A DNA stretch of 64,000 bases from Camelus dromedarius (taxonomy: Eukaryota), in NCBI RefSeq assembly GCF_036321535.1, contig NC_087472.1, positions 102,550,001 to 102,614,000 on the forward strand. The letters are read 5' to 3'. How positions within the stretch are numbered: position 1 is the stretch's first letter; each line of letters opens with the position of its first letter. Shown one piece after another: positions 12,582-23,938 of the stretch. The translations under genes were made by a program, and so were the position numbers. Under the pieces are notes generated by a model. It saw nothing but the letters and a program-made list of their open reading frames with translations, was not told where the DNA came from and did not search any database.

Positions 12582-12882
12582 CAGTGCTGTCCAGAAAATA
12601 AAATGTAAGCCACATGTAGTATTTGAAAATTTCTAGTAGCCGTAGTAAAATGTAAATTAATTTTAGTAATATGTTTCACTTTAATATATATGTAAAATAT
12701 TATAATTTCAAGATGCTATCAATACAAAATTGTTAATGAGATATTTTACATCCTTTTTGTTATATTAAGTCTTTGAAGTTTGGTGTGGGTTTTACACTTA
12801 CAAACACATCTTAATTCAGACCAGCCACATTTCAAGTGCTCATTACCTGCATATGGGTGTTACTATGGTATTGGACAGCACA
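12582..12882. mobile_element. MER33-like hAT-Charlie
   Basis: cagtgctgtcca...agccacatttcaagtgctca...ttggacagcacag. Confidence 0.85.
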
Positions 12883-15800
12883 GCTCTAGAGTCAATATAA
12901 AGGGGACATGTGCATTCACCACTTGTTCATGGCGGAATCCCAGGGTATAATCCAGAGAGTACAAGTATGCATATTAAAATCATACAGCATCTTGCATTTG
13001 GTTATGCATATTTTTGTGTTTGGGGTTAAACCAGTATAGTATAGCCATGTGTGAAGCCTTCCATTGAGTTTGGCGATCTATCATCTGGTTGGTTTCTTCT
13101 GGTGTCTCCCCAGATACCCACACCCTACCCCTGCCTCTGTTTTTTGCGAAGGTGCTTGCTTCTCTCTTCCTTAAAACTCTCCATATACTGAATAGTGTTC
13201 TTAAAGAGAGGAAAGACACAGGTTAATTGGTTTTGCTTTTCTAGTATTTGCCACTCTCTACCCAGGACCACTGTAGGGGAAATTTACATGGCAGTTTCTT
13301 TCAGATTCCGTTTAAGAACATTTGCAAGTAATGAGTAATTTCTGCATTCAAAGGGAAATAAACACAGCAAAATCTACTAATTGCCAGTGTTGTACTTCTA
13401 CATTTTGCCCTTGATTTGGGTAGAGTTTAGAAAATAGCCAGACCACCTGTCAAAGATTCAGGTGGAAACTACTATTGATCAGCAAATTTGGCCCTTCTAA
13501 TCACTGGAACTGAAGAAAATGGAACTTCTTAAGAAAGAAAGGTTGAGACACGTGGATAATTCAATTCATCAAACAGTTTTTGAGTCAGCTTTGCCAGTAG
13601 TGTGCTAGACAGTAGATTTCAAGCCCTATAATTTAGTCTTATGTTAGGGCACATAGGAAGAGATTCACACACCAGTAACATGAGTCTTTCAAGAGTTCTT
13701 TAATGGAGGGTTAGAATAATGTTATGGCTTCTTACTTAGGAGGTGATGACATGTATGCAAGGCTTTCTACTTTACTAAGAGAAGCTATACACACCTGTGA
13801 ACACGCACAAGAATGATTTCCTCCAACCTGGGATAGAGTTGGGTAGATTTGTGAAATTTTGACGTTTTATGAAGGGATTTTATACTAACAATAATGGCAC
13901 TTTCAGCTATTGAACGACGAACGGTTGAAATGCAGTCATGCTATGCAGTTGGGAATTCATTAAATTCATAAATTGCACTAGAATCCCTTTCCATGGCCCT
14001 CCTAAGTCTTGGCTATTTCTGGCTTATAATGAATAATTGCATATTAGTATAATTCTTTTAAAATCTAAAACAGAGTGAAGGCAACCTAGGATGGCTGTCG
14101 TGGGAGGGGAGCCCCTAATGCTAATGACCCAATCAAAGTTGTTTAAAAATGGCAGTTAAGAAAGGAAAACTATGATTGTGGACTAAAGAATCCTTCAAGG
14201 GGCTATGTAAAGGATATCTTTCTTAATTTAGAAGTGAGATTTAATGCTTATTGGGCATTTATTTTAAATTTAGCATGTGGTCTGGGTCTGTTGATCTGGA
14301 CAGCATATCTCAGTGCAGACGAGCTACAGTTCAAGTGCTCAGTGATGGTTCTCTGTGGTATGCGACTCTGTGGCTGGCCACACAGAAATAGGAAGCGTGG
14401 TACTCAGAATTATCTTCAGTAAAAGTGTATGTATAATATTACTTCTGTCTTTCTTAATTAGAGGAAATTGAGAGTAAGACTAACCTAAACTTCCAGTTTA
14501 TATCGTGCAAAGCTGGGATTCACCAAAGAGCCAAAGCCCTTTCATGGAGAAGTGACTTTTCCATTTAAGAGAAGTGGGGTTGAATTCTCACACACAATAC
14601 TGCTGGCCCAGACAAGGGTAAGGGTCCTTGCCAAGATGGCTGCCCTAGAAAAGTACCTCTCAGAGTGTGGTAGATTCTTCTACATCCATTTTCCCAGGGT
14701 TTAATTGGGAGCCATATGATATGAATTGGCTAGTTTTGGAATGGCACTCATTTGCTCTTGATATCTTTCTGGTCTTACAGAAAAGCCCAGCTTAAATGTG
14801 ATTTTAGTCGCAGGCAGAAAGAATTCAGGAAGAGCATCAAAGGAAAAATAATATGTAACCTAGAATACCAAATGGAAGTACAGTACAAGTCAGGTAAACT
14901 CTTGAGGTATGTTTATTTTGTCTTGCCTTGTTTTCTTTGATTCCTTGATTGCAGCTTCACTCTCATGCCATTGGTAGAAACTCAGGAAGGCAACCACAAC
15001 AGCACTTCAGGGGTTAAACCACAGAGAATTTAAGCCCTAGAAAATGTTTTTTGTGAAGGCAAAATGGCCTTGGGTGGGACTCCACAGCTGTGAGAAAACG
15101 TGGAGCGCCTGCAAATTGGCAACCCAATCACGATAATTTATTTATCGTCCACACCTGAGGTTTTCTTAAGCTATAACTCATTTGCTGTGCAAAGAAAATA
15201 GCAAAGTAGGTGAATATGCTGGCATATACTCATCATGTCACTGAAAATGTCTCTTTTTTCATAAAATAATCTTTTTTCCACTAAGAGACATACCTATAAG
15301 TGACCTTACTATGCAACAGAGCAAACCTGGCTGCTGAAAACTTTTAAAGCCCCTTTGCCATGCCTTATTTAACCTCAAGAAATCCTATTTTATCATAGTA
15401 GTCAAATAAAAAGTGGTCAAATTATGAATTGCTTATGTGTAATAGCTCCATGAAACATGGGAAAAGTGTGAATTGTTAATATGTAAAATAGCTGTATGCA
15501 ATCACTTTTAAAAAGCAATTCCTTAAGAAAACATTGGTAATATTATCAGTGGTCATCTTTGGGTGGTGGGGAATATAGGTGAATTTTTGTTTCTTGTTCT
15601 AATTTCTTTATTTTTAAAGAGTCATCCAGACTAAGTCAGTAAAGCATTTAACTTTTGTTATTTAATTTTTAAAAAGTCTATGACAGAGAGCTTAGTTCAT
15701 CAGGAATCTCCATTCCTCTATCCTCTATAGTCAGTCCAGGGCCCCTAATTTCTTTTTTTTTTTGGTATTGCCTCTCCTGTCCAAGTTCTTGAAAAGATCT

Positions 15801-16349
15801 AAATCCCTGAAATATTGACAGTGTTGTTTTGTGCACGTGTTTATGTCTAATTTATGTAATTGGCATTGTGCTACAATTCTTATTCTATTTTTTACTGCTA
15901 TCCTTCACTTCATGATTTAATTTAAAATCTGTCCCGACTGCCTGCCATATGCATATCTAGTTCATTGCTTTGGGCTGCTGTGTAGTATTCCTCAGTCTGC
16001 ATTCATTACCTTCTGGCTGCAGGTTGGTTTCTGGTCTGCCCCATATATCACCTGTTCGCATGGACAATGGCAGAAGTGCAAAAGAGGCCAAGCCAAACCC
16101 TGTGAGCACAACTAAAGCCTCTGCTCTAAGTCCATTGGCTAAATCAGTGCGTTGAGATTTATTCCCTACCCACGGTAAACCCTGGTGAAGGAAGGGAAGG
16201 AGGGAAGAACTGAGGACCAAAAATCCATTCAGCCACACTCCCTCTTCTTTTGAGAAATCAACCACGTGGTTTAAATGTGTTTTCTCTCTCCGCAGATTGC
16301 ATCATTATCTGTTCAGTTGCTCGTGTTAAAAGCCTAGGGTATAAGAGAA

Positions 16350-16460
16350 GGTCTAGATTGGGAAGGGAGGAGCATTCATTCAATTTTAGATATATTGAGT
16401 TTGAGGTGACTGTGGGATAGTCTGAGAGATGAGGAGACTGTTGGCTGTACAGATGTAGAG
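16350..16460 (-). mobile_element. L2 fragment
   Basis: ttcaattttagatatattgagtttgaggtg motif typical of L2 minus strand. Confidence 0.55.
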
Positions 16461-17314
16461 CCAAGCTATTGTGGTTGGTTGTTTTCTCACTCAAGCACCT
16501 ACAGGTTTTATGAGTGTGGCTGATGACAAATGTTACTAGTTTCTTGGAGTCCTCGCCACTAAGCTGTCCTTATGATGTAACTTTTGTTAAGTTATCCTGG
16601 ATTCTGAACCAAGACTGGTCCGGTTGCCTTTCATATATAACTCTGTGAGTTATGAAATGTCAACATCAAGGTTCTCTGTGTGAAATTCCCATGCAGATTT
16701 TTATTACTTCAGAGAAGTTATATGACTGGATGGCCTTAGCAGGTTGTATTTTTCAAACTAGACCTGCTTTAGACCAGCATTTGTAAAGAGTCTCCTGAAA
16801 AAGGATTTTCTGTTTGTGTAAATACACTTGAGTCATCGTATCTCATGCAAATTATATTGATTAATGGCCTTTTGTTTGCTTCCTTTTGCTTGTTGTATTT
16901 ATAGCTCACATTACTTATAATTGTTGGACAACATAATATGGCCCAGATGGCTTCATTATTCTGCATTTCACATTTTGAATTTTAAATGTCGTGTTGGACT
17001 GCCGGTCAGTGGCCAGCTGTATACTGGAAGAGATGATGAGGCCAGACCATAGTTCAAAGATCCTAGGTCAGATACCATGGACAGTAAGTGCTGTGGAGGT
17101 GTTAGCATTTGAGGTTTCCTCTGGCCTTTGGTTTCACTTGAAATTTCAGACCGGAAGGCCAGGGAGAGAGGGAGACTGAGTATCAGAAGCCTCCTGAATC
17201 ACTCAGCTGGCCTATGATTACAATGTGTTTGAAAAGGCTCTTGACCAATAAGTTGGCAGAATCTACTATATGTTAGGAATTTTAATCACAGCTACTAATA
17301 TTTAAAAATACAAG

Positions 17315-18215
17315 AATCAGTCAGGGGCCCAGCAGGAAACAGATGGTATACTCAAATAGGACAACTGAGGAATGGTTACTTAAGGGCCGATTTACAATAG
17401 CATGGGTTAAAAACAGGGTACAGTAAAGTAACATTCTAGATTTGAATGGGCAGGAGGGAGGAGACCCAGAGAGCAGCTATAGCTATAAGAGAGGGTGACT
17501 GGGCTACTGGATATCAGACATTTGGCCTCTGTAAGTGGGTGGGCCTCATCCAATCTATTGAAGACCTGAGTAGCATAACAGGGCTGGACAAGAGGGAACT
17601 CTTCCTGTCTGAGTGTGGAGCTGCAACAACAGTCTTTTCTGGCCTTGGACTTGGCCTAACACATCGGCTCTTCTTAGGTCTTGAGCCACTTGGCTTTTGG
17701 ACTGCAACTTATGTCACTGACTCTCCTTGTTCTCAGGCCTTCAGACTCAAACTGGAGCTGCACATGAGGTCTCCTGGGTGTCCAGCTTGCCAAGTCACCC
17801 TGCAAATCTGGGACATCTCAGCCCCGTAATCATGTGAGCCAATTTCTCATAATAAATCTCTCTGTCTCTCTGTCACTCTTTTTTTTTTTCTCCTTTCTCT
17901 CTACACACACACACACACCCTATTGATTCTGTTTCTCTGGAGAACCCTGAGATATAGTATAATATAAAAAACAAGGCAACAGATGCTCTGGCCTTTCTTA
18001 GAGGGATGCATAGACAATCCTGACCAATAGACAGGAAAGGTACTGAAGGAATAAATACCTAAATCTCACCCTTCTCCCTGATGCCTCCAATTGGTTGAAC
18101 TTACCTGGAAGTTACAGAGCACGGGAGCCAGTTGAGGCAGTCTTTAAAGAGTCTGGGATACAGAGCAGGATGTAGAAGGATGAAAAGTGGGTTTAGGGGG
18201 GCTAATGGAACCTTT
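17315..18215 (-). mobile_element. LTR33-like ERVL LTR interrupted by MLT2
   Basis: cagtcagggg cccagcaggaaacagatggtatactcaaa start. Resumes at about 17975 after the MLT2. Confidence 0.55.
17525..17956 (+). mobile_element. MLT2 (ERVL) LTR, partial
   Basis: gggcctcatccaatctattgaag...atcatgtgagccaattt...aataaatctctc...ctattgattctgtttctctggagaaccctga. Confidence 0.85.
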
Positions 18216-18347
18216 CCATATCATGTTTCTATAATAACTATTGTTACCACTTAAAAAAAAAATCCTCCCAGAGATACGCTATACATACAAAAGCATATAT
18301 GGCGATCTTAAATTCCATGATATTTTAAATTTGCAAAATACCACTTT

Positions 18348-18564
18348 TTTTTTTAATTAAAACATAGTCACTTTACAATGTTGTGTCAATTTCTGGTATA
18401 CAGCATAATAGTTCAAGTCATACATATACATACATATATTCATTTTGTATTCTTTTCCACTATAGGTTACCACAAGATACTGGATATAGTTCTTTGTGCC
18501 TGTACAGTATAAACCTGTTTATTTTATATATAGTAGTTAATATCTGCAAATCTCAAACTCCTAA
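18348..18564 (-). mobile_element. Short lineage-specific L1 3' end
   Basis: Poly(T) plus L1 3'UTR. TSD caaaata(c/t)cacttt at 18334-18347 and 18565-18578. Confidence 0.9.
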
Positions 18565-18749
18565 CAAAATATCACTTTGATGGCTGCATAAGTAACCATT
18601 ATTTTAAACTTTTTTATCATTCCTTTGTGATAATAATTTCATTATAATATTTCTACACATAAGTATTTCTGTACAATTTATTGTTAAACTTTGTATGATT
18701 TTGACATTTATGTAGTTTCAAATGTATTCATGTAGTTTGCATGTAGACT

Positions 18750-19352
18750 TCTGAGGATCAATTTTTATACTTAACGTTATAATTTTGTGATTCATCCAAG
18801 TTGATGTGTATTATTTAACTTTTGCAGCTGTCTATTGTTCCATTGTGTGTATATATGCTATAATTTGTTTATCTATTTTATTGTCAATGGACATTTGTTA
18901 TTTCTACCTTTTTGTAATATTGCTATCCAATTTCTGTGTGCATATGTGCCGGAAATTTTTTAGGACAGATACCTGGGAGGAGAAAAACTGGATGACGAGA
19001 ATTATCTTCAGCTTTATAAGGTAATATCATATTATATTACAAAGTTTTTGTTTTAATGTTCACCCCCAATTGCCAGTGTATTATTATTATTATTTTGCTC
19101 CATATCCTAACCAAACACTTATTAATTTTTGCCAATCTGACAGTTATAAAATGGTATCCCATTTGCATGGTCTGATTACTAATGAGGTTGAACATCTTTT
19201 CATATGATTATTACCCATTCATTTTTCCTTTCTTATGAAATACCTGTTTATGTCTTTTGCCCATATTTAAATTGTTTTTTATTCCTTATTGATTTGTAAA
19301 AGTTCTTTTTATATTCTGAACACTCATCTTTTGTCAGTTGTGTTGCAAACAT
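18750..19352 (-). mobile_element. Old L1 (L1ME/MD-like) ORF2-end/3' fragment
   Basis: aaatggtatc...gattactaatgaggttgaacatcttttcatatg...ttgcccat. Confidence 0.75.
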
Positions 19353-19359
19353 CACAATC

Positions 19360-20295
19360 ACAATGGAGAAGATAGGTGAATTGAACTTCACTAAAACTAA
19401 ACACCTTTGATCATGAAAACATAACATTAAGAGAGTGAAAAGGCAAGACACATAATATGAGAAAAAAAATGTTCAATACATGTATTGAACAAAGGACTGG
19501 TATTCAGTTTTTTAAAATTCCTTCATATCAGTGAGGACATACAGACATCTCAATTTTAAAAAATAGGCAAAAGACTTGAACAGATATTTCATAAAAGAGG
19601 ATTTCTGAGTTGCCAGTAAGCGTATGAGAAAGTGCTCAGTTCATCAGTTCTTCAGGGAAATACAAATTTAAGACACAATGAGAAGCCACTCTGTACTCCC
19701 CAAATCCTAGCACTAGGAAAACTGATCATGCTAAGTGCTGACAATGATGTGGAGTACCAAAAACTCTTATTCTCTGTTGGTGGTGGTCATGTATCTTGGT
19801 ACAACCACACTGGAAAATTGGTAGTATCTACTACAGCTGAATCTAGGCATAGTGATAACACACAATCCCATTCCTAGGTATACACCCAACAGAAATACTT
19901 ACTAGTAATAGCTCTATTCTGTTCATCAGAATCAAACACTGAAAACAGCCCATATGTCCATCCAGAGTTGTATATCTATGCAACAAAGTGGATGGATCTC
20001 ACAACTATGGGGAAGAATGAAAGACAGTAGATAAAAAAGAGAACATTCTATATGATTCTGTTTATATAAAATCCTCAAATGGGCAAAACTAATTGATGAT
20101 GATACAAGTAAGTATAGTTACCTGATGACTTGAAGTGGACATACTGGGGGCATCTGCGACAAATGACATTCTTTATCTTGTTCTGAGAATGAGTACACAA
20201 ATAAATCCATTTTGTGGAAATTCATTGAGGTGTGTACTTACGATTTATGTACTTTTTGGTACTTATGTAACACTTCAGTAAGAACTATCTTAAAA
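19360..20295 (+). mobile_element. Old L1 (L1ME/MD-like) 3' region
   Basis: gagagtgaaaaggcaag...ggcaaaagacttgaacaga...ccattcctaggtatacaccc...aattcattgag. Confidence 0.8.
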
Positions 20296-20309
20296 AATGC
20301 CATATGTTT

Positions 20310-20782
20310 GGAAGTTAATGAACATATGTCTAAATAATCATGAATAAGAAAATAAATCATGATGGAAATATAGCTTAATAATAATGACAATACTGCAAAT
20401 CAAAACTTGCAGGTTAAGTGGTACTGTAAGGGAAATTTATAGTCTTAAATGTTTACACTGGAAAAGAAGAAAAGCTTATAAATACGTGTTGTGTCCAAAT
20501 ATAGCAATAAAACCTTTAAAAAAGGATGAAGAGAGCAATTATAAAAATAAATGAAATAGAAAACAAAGATACAATTTAAAAAACTCAACGAAGACCAAAA
20601 GTTTTTTTTTTAATTGAAGTATAGTCAATTACAGTGTGTCAATCTCTGGTGTACAGCACAATGTCCCAGTCATGCATATACATACCTATATTCGAAAGAC
20701 CAAAAGTTAATTCAAGAAAAAAGAGAGAGAGAAAGCACAAATAAACAACTGTAAGGATAAAAAAAATAGGAAATAACTACAG
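20310..20782 (+). mobile_element. Old L1 ORF2 fragment
   Basis: agggaaatttatagtcttaaatg...gaaaagaagaaa...aaatgaaatagaaaacaaa...aaagcacaaataaac. Confidence 0.65.
20604..20695 (-). mobile_element. About 90-bp L1 3' terminus insertion
   Basis: Poly(T)-aattgaagtatagtcaattaca... with perfect TSD aagaccaaaagtt at 20591-20603 and 20696-20708. Confidence 0.9.
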
Positions 20783-21816
20783 GAGTTCCAACTACGTCCA
20801 GCTGTACAGATTTTGTTTTCTAAAGATCACCCTGCTTGGGGAATGTATTATAGAAGAACTTGAGAGGAACTGCAAACAGAGTAGTTAAGAGTTTATTGCT
20901 GTAACCCAAGTAAGATGTAATGGTAGCTTTTATTGGGACTACAGTCTTGCTTAGGAAGGACACTCAGATTCTAAGTTTATCCATTTACTCTCTTAACTTT
21001 TCTTTGAATTTTTTTGTATAAATAAATTTTTATTGAAGTATAGTCAGTTTACAATGTTGTATCAATTTCCAGTTTACAGCATAATGCTTCAGTCATACTG
21101 AACATACATATATTTGTTTTCATACTCTTTTTCACCATAAGTTACCACAAGATATTGAATATAGTTCCCTGTGTTATACAGTATGAACTTGTTGTTTATC
21201 TATTTTGTGTATATTAGTTAGTATCTGCAAATCTCAAACTCTCGGTTTATCCCTTCCCCCACTGTTCCCCCCCTTGGTAACCATAAGTTTGTTTTCTTTG
21301 GCTGTGAGTCTGTTTCTGTTTTGTAAATAAGTTTGTCTTTTTTTTTTTTTTTTTTTTTTTAGATTCCACATGTAAGTGATATCATATGGTATTTTTCTTT
21401 TTCTTTCTGGCTTACTTCACTTAGAAAGACAATCTCCAGGTCCATCCATGTTGCTGCAAATGGCATTATTTTATTTTATTTTTTATGGCTGAGTAGTATT
21501 CTGTTGTATAAATATATCACAACTTCTTTATCCAGTCATCTGTCAGTGGACATTTGAGTTGTTTCCATGTCTTGCTTATTGTAAATAGTGCTGCTATGAA
21601 CATTGAAGTGCATGTATCTTTTTGAATTAAGGTTTCCTGTGGATGTATGCCCAGGAGTGGGATTGCTGGATCATATGGCAAGTCTATTTTTAGTCTTTTG
21701 AGGAATCTCCATACTGCTTTCCATAATGGCTGCACCAAACTACATTCCCACCAATAGTGTAGGAGAGTTCCGTTTTCTCCACACCCTCTCCAGTGTTTAT
21801 TGTTTGTGGACTTTTT

Positions 21817-22330
21817 TTTTTTTTAATAGGCTTTATTCTTTTAGAGCAGTTTCAGGTTCACAAAAGAATTGAGCAGAAAATACAGAGTTCCCACATAGCC
21901 CTCACCACCCACACATATATACCCTCAACATCCCTCATCAGTGTGGCATTTTTAGTACAATCGGTGAACCAACATGGGCACATTATTATCAACCAAAGTC
22001 CATAGTTTACATTAGGGTTTACTCTTGATGTTGTACATTCTGTGGGTTTTAACAAATGCATAATGACATGTAGCCACTATAGTATCATACAGAATAATTT
22101 CATTGCCCTAAAAATCCCTTGTGCTCCATCTATTCATTCCTCCCCCCCTCCCTCCCCCAAACTCCTGGAAACCACGATCTTTTTATTGTTTCTGTAGCTG
22201 TGCCTTTTCCAGAATGTCATTTGGTTGGAATCGTACAGTTTGTAGCCTTTCAGACTGGCTTCTTTCATTCGGTAATATGTCTTTTAAGTTTCTTCTATGT
22301 CTTTCATGGCTTGATACATCTTTCTTTTTT
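21817..22330 (-). mobile_element. L1MC-type 3' end inside the chimeric insertion
   Basis: tttagagcagtttcaggttcaca...aaagtccatagtttacattagggtttactcttg...ccttttccagaatgtcat. Confidence 0.8.
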
Positions 22331-22439
22331 TATTGCACATGTATCTTTAAATTTACATATATGTACTGTTCAATTTTTCTAAGAATGTTTAGAGCTTTGG
22401 CTTTTTAAACTTACATAGTTATCAAAAGAATAAAGCCAA

Positions 22440-22628
22440 CCACAAAGTAAGAATTAACTCAAAAAGACACGTACACCCTGCTATTAACAGCAACGTTATT
22501 TATAATTGCTAAGATACGGAAGCATCCCAAGTGCACAATAATAGTTGAAAAGACAATGAAGATGAAGCATACATATATGTAATGGAATACAATGCACCCA
22601 TAAAAAAGAAGGATATTTTGCCATTTGT
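22440..22628 (+). mobile_element. L1 ORF2 C-terminal scrap, antisense to the surrounding insertion
   Basis: KDT...LFIIAK...MEYNAPIKKKDILPF-like sequence, homologous to host 21440-21630. Confidence 0.8.
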
Positions 22629-22689
22629 GGGCCCTTTGTTCACTTTTTTTTTTTCCCACTTCAAAAACCAGAATTTTATAACTGGCAGA

Positions 22690-22972
22690 GACATTTCCAT
22701 TACGTCAAAAACAAGAAAATACCTAGAAATAAACTTAACCAAGGAGTTTACCTATACTCTGAAAACCAAAGTGACGCAAGGAAATGGAAAGATTTCTTGT
22801 GGTCTTGGATTGAAAGAATTAACACTATCAAAATGGCCACACTACCCTAAGCAATCCACAGATCCAATGCAACCCCCATCAAAATACTTATGACATTCCT
22901 CACAGAACTAGAACAAATAATTCCAAAATTTATAAGGAACCACAAAAGACCCCAAACAGCCAAAGCAATCTT
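22690..22972 (+). mobile_element. L1 ORF2 post-RT scrap, antisense to the surrounding insertion
   Basis: Translates [59 protein letters not shown]. Confidence 0.9.
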
Positions 22973-23048
22973 TTGTAGGTCTCTGTCTCTCTCTTTTTTT
23001 TTTTTTTTCTCTTTCTTCTTTTTGTTCTCTTTTCTTATGGTTTGATGA

Positions 23049-23938
23049 CTAGAGAAGTTCCTTTAACATTTGTTGTAAAGCTGGTTTGGTGGTGTTGAAA
23101 TCTTTTAGCTTTTGTTTATCTGTGAAGCTTTTGATTTCTCCATCAAGTCTGAACGAGAGCCTTGCTGGATAGAGTGTTCTTGGTTGTAAGTTTCCCTCTT
23201 GCATCACTTTAAATATATCCATGCCACTCCCTTCTGGCCTGTAGAGTTTCTGCTGAAAACTCAGCTGATAACTTTATGGGAGTTCCCCTGTATGTTATTT
23301 GTTGCTTTTCTCTTGCTAATTTTAATGTTTTCTCGTTATCCTTAATTGTTGTCAATTTGATGACTATGTGCCTTGGTGTGTTCCTCTTTGGGTTGATTCT
23401 ATGTGGTACTCTCTGCGCTTCCAGGACTTGAGTGATTCTTTCCTTTCCCAAGTTGGGGAACTTTTCGGTTATTATCTCTCCAAAAATTTTCTCAGGTCCT
23501 TTCTCTCTCTCTTCTCTTTCTGGGAGCCCTATAATGCGAATATTAGAGTGCTTCATGTTTTCCCAGAGTTCTCTTAAACTATCCTCATTCCTTTTTATTC
23601 TTTTTTCTTTTTTCTGTTCTGAAGCAGTGATTTCCGCTAATCTGTCTTCTGGCTTACTGATCCGTTTTCTGCCTCATTTAGTCTGTTCTTGGTTCCTTCT
23701 AGTGTATTGTTCATTTCAGTGATTTTATTTTTCAACTCTGAGTATTCTTTATATTTTACAACTCTTTGCTAAAAACTTCACTCTGTGCATCTATACTCCT
23801 CTTGAGTTCTCTGAACATCTTGGCCATCATTACTTTAAGCTCCTTCTCAGATAAATTGCCTATCTCCTCATCACTTATTTCTTCTTCTGGGATTTTATCT
23901 TGTGCCTTGGCCTGGGAGATATTCCTTTGCTGCCTCAT
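23049..23938 (-). pseudogene. Disrupted L1 ORF1
   Basis: MRQQRNISQAK...LSEKELKVMMAKMFREL and NIRIIGLPE...NTPRHIVIKL...LSAEFSAETLQARREW occur as separate ORFs. Terminal TAG at 23049-23051. Confidence 0.9.

Noticed and set aside
17446..17829. 127-aa ORF
   Set aside because: Lies within LTR33-like/MLT2 LTR sequence and has no protein features.
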